Source of the DNA: an uncultured delta proteobacterium
GTDB taxonomy: Bacteria > Myxococcota_A > Polyangia > Polyangiales > Polyangiaceae
NCBI GenBank assembly: GCA_963806225.1
Contig: CAWDXG010000004.1
Coordinates: 800,001-864,000 of the forward strand
Direction of reading: 5' to 3'
DNA: 64,000 bases
How positions within the stretch are numbered: the first letter of the stretch is position 1; each line of letters begins with the position of its first letter. Below, in pieces: positions 38,800 through 48,076 of this stretch. The position numbers and the translations under genes were made by a program. Under the pieces are notes generated by a model. The model was not told where the DNA came from. It searched no databases and saw nothing but the letters and a program-made list of their open reading frames with translations.

Positions 38800-39613
38800 C
38801 GCCGAACCAGAACCGGCCGGCGCTCGCCGACGCTTCGCCCCCTGCGTACCAGCGAGCGCCCGCCGAGGCCCGTTCCCGCTTCGTCCCCGATTGCGCGCTG
38901 AAGTAGAAGTACGCCGTTGCCGCCAGTGCGGCGATGCCGACGCCTAGCGACACGTCTGCGACGATCTGCTGTCGGCGGATGCTGTCGACGCGCTCGGGGC
39001 TACAGTGGCCCTTGCAGCTGTCCAGATCCTGCTTCTGCGCGTGGCTGGAGATCGCGAATGCGGCAAAGGTCCCGAACGACGCCGCGCTGACGCCACCCAG
39101 CACGTAGACCGGCAAGAGGCTCTGGTCATGGTCGCCGAGATCGGCCTCCAGCGTCTCGTTCTTCCGCCCTACGCGCGCGAGCCATCGCCGCTCGACCGGC
39201 TCGTGTCCCGGCGACTCGAAGCGCAGCAGGTGCTCACCGGGATCGGCCTCGATCGCGGTGCCGTCCAGCCGCTTCTGCTCCAGTCTCCCGTCCACGAACA
39301 CGCGCACGTTCGTGAGCTCCCGCGCGCCCGCGCTCGCCGACACCACCACGCTCGGAATGGAAGCGTCCACCTCACCCAGCCAGCGCATGCAGTCGGGCCG
39401 CAGCATCTCCGGGCACTGCTTCGAGCCGCACTGGATCAGGTCGCGGCGCGACTCCAGCAGTTTGCCCTCGTTGTGCAACCGCTGCGCGTTGACGTACGCC
39501 CGCGCGCACTGGCGCGCGCGGTCCGGGGCCTCTGCGCGGGCGGGCGCGGCTTCCAGCAGGGCGGCAGCCAGAATGGCGACCCATCGCTGCGCAGCGGCTC
39601 GACCTCGCGCCAT
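38789..39613 (-). CDS. Myxobacterial secreted/membrane protein with a helical N-terminus, a PEGA-like domain and C-terminal TM segments
   Basis: Signal peptide; CARAY..AQ...CGSKQCP; VFVDG...ADPGEHLLRFE; two hydrophobic segments. Start ATG 39613 is preceded by TGATACCGT. Confidence 0.72.
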   Translation of the reverse strand: MARGRAAAQRWVAILAAALLEAAPARAEAPDRARQCARAYVNAQRLHNEGKLLESRRDLIQCGSKQCPEMLRPDCMRWLGEVDASIPSVVVSASAGARELTNVRVFVDGRLEQKRLDGTAIEADPGEHLLRFESPGHEPVERRWLARVGRKNETLEADLGDHDQSLLPVYVLGGVSAASFGTFAAFAISSHAQKQDLDSCKGHCSPERVDSIRRQQIVADVSLGVGIAALAATAYFYFSAQSGTKRERASAGARWYAGGEASASAGRFWFGASF

Positions 39614-39857
39614 CCCGAGCACGGTATCAATCCGCTGCGGTGGCGTCTCCCTTCCAGCGCCGCGTGGAGAGCCGGCGCGCCGCGCGGGACCGGGGCCCCA
39701 CGGGGCGCGGGGCCCCGCCGGGCGGCCGGAATTCCCGGCCCCCGGACGCGGGACCGGAAGCCGGCATCGCCCGCGCTTGCCTTGCCGGGCGGCCCCCGCG
39801 CCCCAGCCCACACGCGTCGATTCGCCGCCCGCCGGGAAGATCGGCTAGGACTGCCCC

Positions 39858-40586
39858 GTGCCCGACAACTTCCCGACGCTCGAGGTGGTGGCCGCGCTGG
39901 GGCTCTGCATCGCGCTTCTGCGCACCATCCGCGTGCTGCGCTCGCTCGTGAAGATCCCGCAGGTCAACCAGCAGCTTACCGCGCTGCTGGACAAGGGCGA
40001 GCGCGACAGCGCGCTCAAGCTGTGCGCGGAGGACGACGCGGCGGCCTTTCTGCAGATGGCGCGGCGCGTGCTGCTCGAGGTGAGGCAACACACGGCCACG
40101 GAAGAGACGGAAGCCCTCCGCCACCGGCTGATGCAGGTGTTCGACCGCGAATACGCGGTCCAGGCCGAGCGGATCCAGAGCGGAAGGGCGCGCGACACGG
40201 TCGCGCTGGCCGTGCTGCTGGGCGCAATCGCCTATGCGACCGTGGCCAGGCTGGGCGTGGGCACGGTGTTCTTCGCACTGTGCGCAGCGGGCGCGCTGTT
40301 TCTGGCATGGAACGTCTGGGTGCGCGGGCGCGTGCTGTCGGAGAGCCGGCAGGCTGCGCCGTCGCTGGTGGACGCGGCGGTGCGGCTGGTGCGGCGTGCT
40401 CCGCCGCCTGCGGCGCGGCAGCGCCAGACCCGTGCGCACTGCCCGTCGTGCGGAGGAGAGCTGTCGGCATCCGGCAGCGGCGAGCTCTCGCTGGGCGGCG
40501 CGACGGCCGCGGTCGCCGGCATCGTGGTCTGCCGGAAGTGCGGGCACGTGGAAGGAAAGCTCGGGGACCCCGCAGCGCTCGGCTAG
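39858..40586 (+). CDS. Hypothetical membrane protein with a C-terminal Zn-ribbon-like motif
   Basis: Three hydrophobic segments; CPSC...CRKC. Confidence 0.65.
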   Translation: MPDNFPTLEVVAALGLCIALLRTIRVLRSLVKIPQVNQQLTALLDKGERDSALKLCAEDDAAAFLQMARRVLLEVRQHTATEETEALRHRLMQVFDREYAVQAERIQSGRARDTVALAVLLGAIAYATVARLGVGTVFFALCAAGALFLAWNVWVRGRVLSESRQAAPSLVDAAVRLVRRAPPPAARQRQTRAHCPSCGGELSASGSGELSLGGATAAVAGIVVCRKCGHVEGKLGDPAALG

Positions 40587-40790
40587 CCGCCACGCGGGCC
40601 CGGCGAGCCGCCGGAGGCCGCGTACCAGGGTAACGCGACGGCACATTCCCGCCCCCCGGCGACGGCCAGGAAGTGTCCGCGGTTTGAACACTTGCGGGTG
40701 CCGGTCCGTCCACGCAATGGGCCGGCGGGGCGAAACCCTTGCTTTGCAGCCCCGGAGACGACAAGGTCCGGCACCGCCCGGCGGGTACCG

Positions 40791-41531
40791 ATGGACGCAT
40801 CCGGCAGCCACGAATCGAATCGCGCCTATTACGACGCCTTCTCGGAGAGCTACGAGGAGCACCGCGGGGACAACGACCCCGGGGGCTACCACGAGATGCT
40901 CGACGAGCTCGAAGCGACCTTCGTCGAGCGCTACGGCTACGACCGCGACGTGCTGGAGGTCGGCTGCGGCACCGGCCTGGTGCTTTCCCGCATCGCAAAC
41001 TTCGCGCGCTCGGCCAAGGGGGTGGATCTCTCCCCCGGAATGCTGGAAAGAGCCCACGAGCGCGGACTGGACGTACGAGAGGGGTCGGTGACGGAGCTGC
41101 CCTTCGACAGCGAGAGCTTCGACGTGACCTGCTCCTTCAAGGTGCTGGCGCACGTACGGGAAATCGACCGGGCGCTCTCGGAAATGGCCCGCGTGACGCG
41201 GCGCGGCGGGTGGATCCTGGCGGAATTCTACAATCCACACAGCCTACGCGGACTGGTCAAACGCTACGGCCCGGCGCGGCGCATCGCACCGGGGGCGAAG
41301 GAAAGCCAGGTCTTCACGCGCTTCGACTCACCGTTTACAGTCAAGCGCATCCTGCCCCCCGGCTGTCGTATCATGACCTCGCGTGGCGTACGCATCGTGA
41401 CTCCAACAGCGTTTTTCATGCGGCACCCGCTCTCTCGCAATCTGTTCCGTGCGGCAGAGTGGGCTCTATGCGATTCACCGGCAAGGATCTTCGGGGGGTT
41501 CTGGATTGCAGCGATACAGAAACAGGAATGA
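40791..41531 (+). CDS. Class I SAM-dependent methyltransferase
   Basis: VLEVGCGTG, GVDLSPGML, LPFDSESFD, RVTRRGG. Confidence 0.92.
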   Translation: MDASGSHESNRAYYDAFSESYEEHRGDNDPGGYHEMLDELEATFVERYGYDRDVLEVGCGTGLVLSRIANFARSAKGVDLSPGMLERAHERGLDVREGSVTELPFDSESFDVTCSFKVLAHVREIDRALSEMARVTRRGGWILAEFYNPHSLRGLVKRYGPARRIAPGAKESQVFTRFDSPFTVKRILPPGCRIMTSRGVRIVTPTAFFMRHPLSRNLFRAAEWALCDSPARIFGGFWIAAIQKQE

Positions 41532-42415
41532 TGGCCCGACAACGCCCTACCCCCACCCAACGTCCGACTTCCTGGTGGCTCGAGACGCTACGCCGTCGTG
41601 CGGAGCGCATGAACGATGAGTACCTCCAGCTGTCGGAACCCATCCAATGGGAAAGCGCGGACGAGCGCCGCGCAGCTATCAAGTTCTTCAACGCCGCGTT
41701 CCGCGCCGAGGAGAGCGGGCTCACCCAGGCCCACCAGCTGGCGGACATCGTCGGCGAGTGGGATCCGGATCTGGCCGAGGTGCTCCGGCTCTACGGCGAC
41801 GAGGAAGGCTGGCACCGCCAGCTCCTGACGCAGTTCCTCGAGCACATCGGCGGCGAGGTGCAGCCGATGGGGCGCGTAACGCGCACGCTGTACCGCCTCT
41901 ACGGTCGGGCCAAGCGCATGGAGACGATCGTGCTCACGAACCTGATGTTCGAGACGATCGGCTCGACGACGTACCGTCTGGCGCTGCGCAATGTGCGCCA
42001 GCCCGAAGTGCGGCAGATGCTGACCATCCTGACGCGCGACGAGTCGTTCCACGTGCCGCTCAATGTGCACTTCCTCCGTCATGTGCTGGCGCACGCGCCG
42101 CCCGGACAGCGCTGGCGCGCGCGGCTCATCTACCGGCTGCTGTTCGCCACCCTGGTCGCGCTGCCGCTGGCGAGCCGTCCGAAGGCGAAAGAGTTCGATC
42201 GCATCAGCACGCGGGATCTGGCGCGCGGCTACGCCGAGCAACTCGGCCAACTCTTCGCACGCGAGCACGATCTGGAGTTCGAGCCGCCACGGCTGTTCCT
42301 GAAGCTGCTGGGGCTCGGCGAGCGGGAGCTGAACCCCCGCGGCGAAGCCGTGACCAGCGTCGAAGCTGCCGAGAAGGCCGCGGATCGCACCAACGTCGTC
42401 GTGACGGCGCTGTAG
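41528..42415 (+). CDS. Ferritin-like di-iron carboxylate protein
   Basis: Paired ExxH motifs (DEEGWH, RDESFH) with upstream Glu residues (AEESG, MFET); ATGA overlap with the methyltransferase. Confidence 0.75.
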   Translation: MMARQRPTPTQRPTSWWLETLRRRAERMNDEYLQLSEPIQWESADERRAAIKFFNAAFRAEESGLTQAHQLADIVGEWDPDLAEVLRLYGDEEGWHRQLLTQFLEHIGGEVQPMGRVTRTLYRLYGRAKRMETIVLTNLMFETIGSTTYRLALRNVRQPEVRQMLTILTRDESFHVPLNVHFLRHVLAHAPPGQRWRARLIYRLLFATLVALPLASRPKAKEFDRISTRDLARGYAEQLGQLFAREHDLEFEPPRLFLKLLGLGERELNPRGEAVTSVEAAEKAADRTNVVVTAL

Positions 42416-42580
42416 CGTTACGCCGCCGTCACGCGGGCATTCATCGCGCACTGCACTTCCCCGGGAAAAGGGCTCTTGTCCCATCGGAGTGCTGTCAGTG
42501 CAGGTCATGGGCTACGAGCTGTATCGCAGAGGCTTCGCCGTAGCGCACACCGCTGCCCGGTCTCATCCTTGCCCCAACCT

Positions 42581-43351
42581 GTGACGAGCACGACGCCCGA
42601 CAGCACGAACAGCGCGCTGGCCAAGGTTCCGGAGGTGACGCTCCTCTTCTGGATGCTCAAGATCGCCGCCACCACGCTAGGCGAGACCGGGGGCGACGCG
42701 GTCTCGATGTCGATGAAGCTCGGCTATCTGGTCGGCACGGCGATCTTCGCCGTCGTGTTCCTGGTCGCGGTGATCGTGCAGATCAAAGCGCCGCGCTTCC
42801 ATCCGGTGGTCTACTGGGTGACGATCATCGCCACCACCACGGTCGGCACGACGATGGCCGACTTTGCCGATCGGTCGCTCGGGATCGGCTACGCGGGCGG
42901 CTCGTCGCTGCTCCTTGTGCTGTTGCTCTCGTCGCTGGCGATCTGGCGCTTCGTGATGGGCTCGGTGTCGGTCGAGAGCGTCTCGAACCCGCGCTCGGAG
43001 ACATTCTACTGGGTCACGATCATGTTCTCGCAGACGCTGGGCACCGCGCTCGGCGACTGGACCGCCGACTCCGCGGGGCTCGGCTACCTGGGAGGCGTGG
43101 GGATCTTCGTCGTGCTGCTGGTGGTGGTGGCGGGGTTCTACCTCTTCACGCGCGTGTCGCGCACGGTGCTGTTCTGGACCGCGTTCATCCTCACGCGGCC
43201 GCTCGGCGCCGTGGTCGGCGACTTCCTCGACAAGCCGCTCGCTTCCGGCGGGCTCGCCCTGAGCCGGTACTCCGCGTCCGGCGCGCTGATCGTCTTCATT
43301 CTCGGCTGCATCTGGCTCCTGCCCCAGCGCGCCGCGCAGACGGCTCACTGA
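42581..43351 (+). CDS. COG4705/DUF347 repeat membrane protein
   Basis: KVPEVTLLFW..KIAATTLGETGGD...GTTMAD...SQTLGTALGD...FILTRPLGA. Confidence 0.88.
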   Translation: MTSTTPDSTNSALAKVPEVTLLFWMLKIAATTLGETGGDAVSMSMKLGYLVGTAIFAVVFLVAVIVQIKAPRFHPVVYWVTIIATTTVGTTMADFADRSLGIGYAGGSSLLLVLLLSSLAIWRFVMGSVSVESVSNPRSETFYWVTIMFSQTLGTALGDWTADSAGLGYLGGVGIFVVLLVVVAGFYLFTRVSRTVLFWTAFILTRPLGAVVGDFLDKPLASGGLALSRYSASGALIVFILGCIWLLPQRAAQTAH

Positions 43352-43424
43352 TCGAGCGAGCCAGAGCGCCTGGCCCGACTCCGCACGTCTCCCTGCGTCG
43401 AGCTTGCCGTAGACGCTGGACTGA

Positions 43425-44540
43425 CTACAGCGGCGGCTCGGAGAAGATCTCGAGCCTGGCGCTGGCGGCATCGGCGACGTAGACGTTGCCCCGCGCGTCG
43501 ACGACCGAGTTGCGTGCGCGTTCGCCGAGCCGGGCGGTCGCGATCACGCTGGGCTTGGCTGGGTCTTCGAAGCTGGCGACGGTCAAGCGGCGCGCCTTCG
43601 ACGCGGCGACGTACAACATCTGCCTGGACGCTTCGTAGGCGATGTCATCGACGCCGGCGCCGGTCTCAAGCTCGCCGAGCAGCTTGCCGTCGTGCGCGGC
43701 GTCGAGCACGAAAACCCAATCCGAGCAGGCGACGAACAGGAGATTGCGCGCCGGGTCCACAGCGATGCCGTGTGGCCCGTGCTTGTCGCAGCCGGCGTCC
43801 CACGTCGCCTGGATGGCGTGCGACGCGATGTCGATCACCAGCGTCTGGTTCTTGTCTTCGAGGTTCGTGAAATACTTTCCGTGCTCGGCATCGACGGCGG
43901 CGCCTTCGACCGAGCCCGGCGCCTTGATCACGAGCTTTGCCTTCAGCTGCGCAGGCCTCTTGGCGTCGAGCACGCTCACGGAGTGGTCTCGCGGCGTGGT
44001 CGCCCACACCTCCTTCGCCGGCGCCACGTAGGTGACGAAGTCGGGCGGAGTCGGAAGCTCCAGGCACTTGCCGAGCTTCAGCGACTTTTCGTCCACGGCG
44101 CAGACCTCGCTCGTGGAGCGGGTGCCGACGTAGGCGAAGCCGTCGCCGATGGTGACGGAGCTCGGCCCCATCGCGCGCTCGTGCCCGCGCCTCTCGCGCT
44201 TGACCATCTTGAAGCCGTCGACGCGCCGGAACGCTCCTTCTGCGATGTCATAGACATCGACGCTGGCGGTGTCGCCGACCGGCACCCAGACGCGTCCGTG
44301 CTTGCGATCGTACGCGATGAGGTCGAGCGTCACGGGAGCCTTCGCGCCAGGCAGGTCCACGCTCGTCATCACGAGCTGGGGCGGCGGAGGAGCTGGCGGC
44401 GCAGCACGCGGCGCGCTCGACGCGACCGGTGGCGGAGCCGGCGCGGTGGTGCGCGGCGGCGTGTTCGCGATCGGCGCTTCCTTCTGGGCGTTGCAAGCGG
44501 AGGCTGCGAGCGCGACGAGTAAAGCAGTACGCAGGGTCAT
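43425..44540 (-). CDS. YncE/YVTN-like beta-propeller lipoprotein
   Basis: Lipobox ASAC; Pro-rich linker; blades such as GPHGIAVDP..NLLFVAC and TGAGVDDIAY. Confidence 0.8.
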   Translation of the reverse strand: MTLRTALLVALAASACNAQKEAPIANTPPRTTAPAPPPVASSAPRAAPPAPPPPQLVMTSVDLPGAKAPVTLDLIAYDRKHGRVWVPVGDTASVDVYDIAEGAFRRVDGFKMVKRERRGHERAMGPSSVTIGDGFAYVGTRSTSEVCAVDEKSLKLGKCLELPTPPDFVTYVAPAKEVWATTPRDHSVSVLDAKRPAQLKAKLVIKAPGSVEGAAVDAEHGKYFTNLEDKNQTLVIDIASHAIQATWDAGCDKHGPHGIAVDPARNLLFVACSDWVFVLDAAHDGKLLGELETGAGVDDIAYEASRQMLYVAASKARRLTVASFEDPAKPSVIATARLGERARNSVVDARGNVYVADAASARLEIFSEPPL

Positions 44541-44736
44541 CGTGGCAGGAGCATACTCGCGTGCGACAAGCGTTTCCATCGAGGGCGCCGTGCGCTCGCC
44601 GCTGCGCGGCTACGCGTGGATGTAGGCGTCGTCCACGCCCACTCGCACGCCGGGTCAATACGTCCAACGCCCCTTCGGGCTGCGGTGGCGGACGGGGCGC
44701 GCCTGCTCTGGTACCTGGTTGGGTGCGCCCCCGGCC

Positions 44737-45954
44737 TCAGGGTCCCACCAGCGTCAACGTGGCTTTCATGATGTTGAACTGATCGCCGCGGTCGGAGATG
44801 TGCCACAGGGTCGTGCCGCTCAGCCATTTGGCGGGGAAGTTGTGGATGTAGGCGGGGCGGTTCGCGCTCGCGCCGTTCGGGTCAGACGTGTAGGTCCACT
44901 TCGGGAAGTCCGTGCCGTAGCCCACGGTCGTCCAGGGTCCCCACGGCTCGGGCGCGTCGAACAGGCCCCACTCGCCGGTGTCGCCGGTGTGCCGCACCGC
45001 CAGGAGGTAGCGTTTCAGAAGCGGATCGTACGTGCAGGTAACGCCCCATTCGGTCCCGTTCGGGTCGGTGAACACGCGCTGGATGTTCGAGATGTCCGCG
45101 CTCCAGGTCGGGTTTCCGGAGCCGTCGAGCCCGGCAAAGAACTCGTACGCGGAGCGCGTCTCGATGTTCGCCTTGGCGACGCGGAACAGGGCGAGCCCGT
45201 CGGAGAACGCCAGCTCGTCGTAGCCGTAGATGTACTTGTCGCGCGCGCCCTGGTAGTCGGCGCCGAACTGCACGATGCCGGGGTCGGAGAAAGCGCTGTT
45301 CGTTTCGTTGAACATGGCGCCAACGTCCGTCCAGCTCTTGCCGAGATCCGACGACTTCCACAGGTGGTTGTTGGTCCACACGTCCTGCTCGTCGACGTAC
45401 AGGTAGATGACGCCACCCACGGAGATCACGCCGTTGCTGGTCTTGCCCAGCGTCGCGGCCTGGCTGGATTCGGGGTTCACGCCGCCCCAGACGTTGAACG
45501 GCTTGTACGAGGGCGGGGTTCCTTCGAGCCGCGCGACGCCCAGGCTCACGCGCCCCTGCGAGTTGGTTCCGCTGAAGCCGCCGCCGTCGCCCCACGCGAC
45601 GTAGATGTTGCCGTCGGAGGCGGTCGTGTAGCCGAACTGATCGCTGCCGGGGGCCGCCTTGGCGAGCGTCGACTGGTCGAAGCTGATGCCCGCGATCACG
45701 GGGCTCATCGGATACGGCGAGCCGTCGGCGGGCGCACCGCCACTTCCGCCAGTCCCCGCGCTGCCGCCAGTCCCCGCGCTGCCGCCAGTCCCCGCGCTGC
45801 CACCGCTTCCGGATGCGCCGGCCGCGCCGCCCGCCCCTCCGCTGGCCCCGCCCGCGCCGCCTGTCGCGTCTTGGGTGGCGTGCGAGCCCGAGCCGCATCC
45901 GAGCAGCAGCAACGCGGCTGGAAGCGAGTACCGAAGACGCAGAGCGTGTGCCAT
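44737..45954 (-). CDS. DUF4185-like beta-propeller lipoprotein (putative glycoside hydrolase)
   Basis: Lipobox LLGC; GGSAGT repeats; GSDQF...YVAWGDGGGF; Asp-box SSDLGKSW; YEFFAG...PTWS; APEPWGPW. Family call is by recognition only. Confidence 0.6.
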   Translation of the reverse strand: MAHALRLRYSLPAALLLLGCGSGSHATQDATGGAGGASGGAGGAAGASGSGGSAGTGGSAGTGGSAGTGGSGGAPADGSPYPMSPVIAGISFDQSTLAKAAPGSDQFGYTTASDGNIYVAWGDGGGFSGTNSQGRVSLGVARLEGTPPSYKPFNVWGGVNPESSQAATLGKTSNGVISVGGVIYLYVDEQDVWTNNHLWKSSDLGKSWTDVGAMFNETNSAFSDPGIVQFGADYQGARDKYIYGYDELAFSDGLALFRVAKANIETRSAYEFFAGLDGSGNPTWSADISNIQRVFTDPNGTEWGVTCTYDPLLKRYLLAVRHTGDTGEWGLFDAPEPWGPWTTVGYGTDFPKWTYTSDPNGASANRPAYIHNFPAKWLSGTTLWHISDRGDQFNIMKATLTLVGP

Positions 45955-46095
45955 GATGTTCCCCTTGTGTTGCCGGTGGACGTTGTTCGCCGCTGCGCCC
46001 AACTCGTCTTCCTGACGATCGCGCTTCCTAGCAGCGCGGGTCAAGGCACGAGCCCGCCGGCCTCCGCTCCGGAGGCGGCTGCTTCCGGATCCCAT

Positions 46096-47517
46096 CTACT
46101 TGGAGTAGACGTTCTTGACCATCGCGTCCGCCCAGGCCTGGCGGATAGCGTGGTTGCCGGCCTCGTTCGGATGCAGGTCGGTCGGATTGTCGAAGTAGCT
46201 CGCGCGGCCCTGGTAGATGATCGTGTACAGGTCCGGCCCGTGCACGAGCTTGCTACCGTACTTGTTGTACAGCGCCTGGATCTCGGCGTTGTACTTGGGA
46301 ATGACGTTCACGTGCTGCGGGTCACCTGCGTACGGAATCGTCGGCACCACCGGTATCTTCTTCGCTGCGATGACCTTGTCGATGAGCGTGGACATCTCCG
46401 CGTTGAAAGTGGGCGGGTCGTTGCCGGGTGCGTCGTTCGTACCGAGCGAAAGCCCGAAGTACAAACCAGGGAAACCAGCGATGAACGAATCGGCGTATCC
46501 GAGCATCGTGTGCGCCGTCCAACCGCCGTGGCCTGCCATCTCGAACGCCGGGTAGTTCTTCACCTTCGCGTGGACGAGCTGGCTGAAGCTGTCGTTGGAG
46601 CCCTTGTGACCCATCGAGTTGGCGGTGATCGAGTCACCTCCGAACTTCCAGCCGTCGTTGCCCAGATGCGCGTCGTACAGGTTCCACTGCAGCGACAGAT
46701 CCTGGTTCTGGGAGTCCGAGTTGGGGGCGTGCGCGGTGCAGTAGAAGCGCACCCAGTTGTAGCCGGACAGGTCGAGCAGATTCGCACCCGAGCTGAGCTC
46801 GTTGCCCTTGGTGCTCGTCAGCGTGACCCAGCCGCTGGAAGGCGGCGTCGAGCCGCCCGCAGCAGCGTTCGCCTGGATCTGGAAATCACCCGGCAGCGTG
46901 TAGCTGTCGCTGTCGGACGTGACGTAGTTGTAGCCATTTTCGTTGAACCAGACCGAGTAGACCGTCTTGCGCTGCACCACGGGCACCGCGGAAAGGTCGA
47001 CGGCGAGCCAATCGGGGTCGCCTGCCGAGGGAACGTGCGAAGACCGGTACGAGGTGCCGTAGTCCGCGTCGAGTGCGTCGGCTGCCGAGTCCGACGCGTA
47101 CTTCGCATAGGCGGGCTGCCCCATGCTGATGCGCGGCATGGCCGCCTTCTTCGACACAGGAGGCGGCGTAGGGTTGCCGCTGCCACCTGCGCCGCCCTGG
47201 CCCTTGCCACCGGACCCCGCGCTACCGCCGGCGCCCGGTGTTCCGGCGCTGCCACCAGCGGCTGGCGTTCCGGCGTTGCCACCAGCGGCTGGCGTTCCGG
47301 CGCTGCCACCAGCGGCTGGCGTTCCGGCGTTGCCACCAGCGGCTGGCGTTCCGGCGTTGCCACCAGCGGCTGGCGTTCCGGCGTTGCCACCAGCGGCTGG
47401 CGTTCCGGCGCTTCCAGCAGAGCTTGGAAAGTCGTTAGCGTTTGCGCCGGGAGAGGCGCTGCACGCGAGCGCGAAGCTCGCGGCGATGATGGAACAAGTC
47501 CACAATTGGTACTTCAT
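46096..47517 (-). CDS. SGNH/GDSL hydrolase lipoprotein with a galactose-binding-like domain and a repeat linker
   Basis: Lipobox ALAC; GDSIT, LGTND, DLHPN; DPDWLAVDL (F5/8-like). Confidence 0.82.
   Translation of the reverse strand: MKYQLWTCSIIAASFALACSASPGANANDFPSSAGSAGTPAAGGNAGTPAAGGNAGTPAAGGNAGTPAAGGSAGTPAAGGNAGTPAAGGSAGTPGAGGSAGSGGKGQGGAGGSGNPTPPPVSKKAAMPRISMGQPAYAKYASDSAADALDADYGTSYRSSHVPSAGDPDWLAVDLSAVPVVQRKTVYSVWFNENGYNYVTSDSDSYTLPGDFQIQANAAAGGSTPPSSGWVTLTSTKGNELSSGANLLDLSGYNWVRFYCTAHAPNSDSQNQDLSLQWNLYDAHLGNDGWKFGGDSITANSMGHKGSNDSFSQLVHAKVKNYPAFEMAGHGGWTAHTMLGYADSFIAGFPGLYFGLSLGTNDAPGNDPPTFNAEMSTLIDKVIAAKKIPVVPTIPYAGDPQHVNVIPKYNAEIQALYNKYGSKLVHGPDLYTIIYQGRASYFDNPTDLHPNEAGNHAIRQAWADAMVKNVYSK
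47232..47411. repeat. In-frame 27-bp tandem repeat, about 6.5 copies, encoding AGTPAAGG(N/S)
   Basis: Unit ggcgttccggcg(t/c)tgccaccagcggct is directly visible. Confidence 0.93.
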
Positions 47518-47533
47518 GGCGTACTCCTGGTGA

Positions 47534-47615
47534 GCCTTCGCTCGACGAAGAGCGAGGGCGACGCGCCACCCGGGCGGCGTTGGTGGCGCGGTCACCGCGC
47601 GGGGGCGGCGGTGAC
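47534..47615 (-). other. Three abutting stem-loops immediately upstream of the RBS of the SGNH gene
   Basis: Stems 47534-43/47550-59 (one mismatch), 47562-70/47582-90 (perfect 9 bp) and 47591-98/47608-15 (perfect 8 bp). Confidence 0.6.
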
Positions 47616-48076
47616 TGGGGGTCTGTTTGGGGGCTAGGTGGCGCACCGACCGTGCCTGCTCGCCACCTCACCGATTGCCCAGAAGCGAAACGGCTATGTA
47701 AGGAATGACCACTATATCGTCGCTGGTCAAACCGACATGTAGGCGGTCGGACATGTTGACGAGCGTTCGCGAAACAGTCAGCGCATTGTTGCGGGGTTCT
47801 CGCCGTTTACAACCAAACGCGACGCGCACACTCAAGCAACGCGTGCGGCGTACAACGCGCAATGACCCTGCCTGCCGCGACACGCACACCGTGACCAATG
47901 TATGCGTCTGTAAGCACGTTCGATCGTGCGTCGAGTTTCACGTCGCGTTCCCACTGCGCGCTAGCTAACCTGGCTCGCGCCGGAGCCTTCGCGCGGTCGC
48001 ACGGCGCCGTGCCACATGGAACGCCTGCTGTCGATCGAACGTCACGAGCGCTCCATGTAGAGCATGAGCGTCCGCC

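Noticed and set aside
39771..39786. GG-N10-GC (CCGGCATCGCCCGCGC) upstream of 39858
   Set aside because: Lacks the T residues before the -12 GC; expected by chance at this GC content.
47999..48014. TGGCACGGCGCCGTGC on the minus strand as a sigma54 promoter
   Set aside because: GG to GC spacing is 11, not 10; it is simply a GC palindrome.
48018..48044. GGAAC-N17-CGTCA ECF-type promoter on the + strand
   Set aside because: Points antisense into the end of 48077..49189 with no downstream gene; unsupported.
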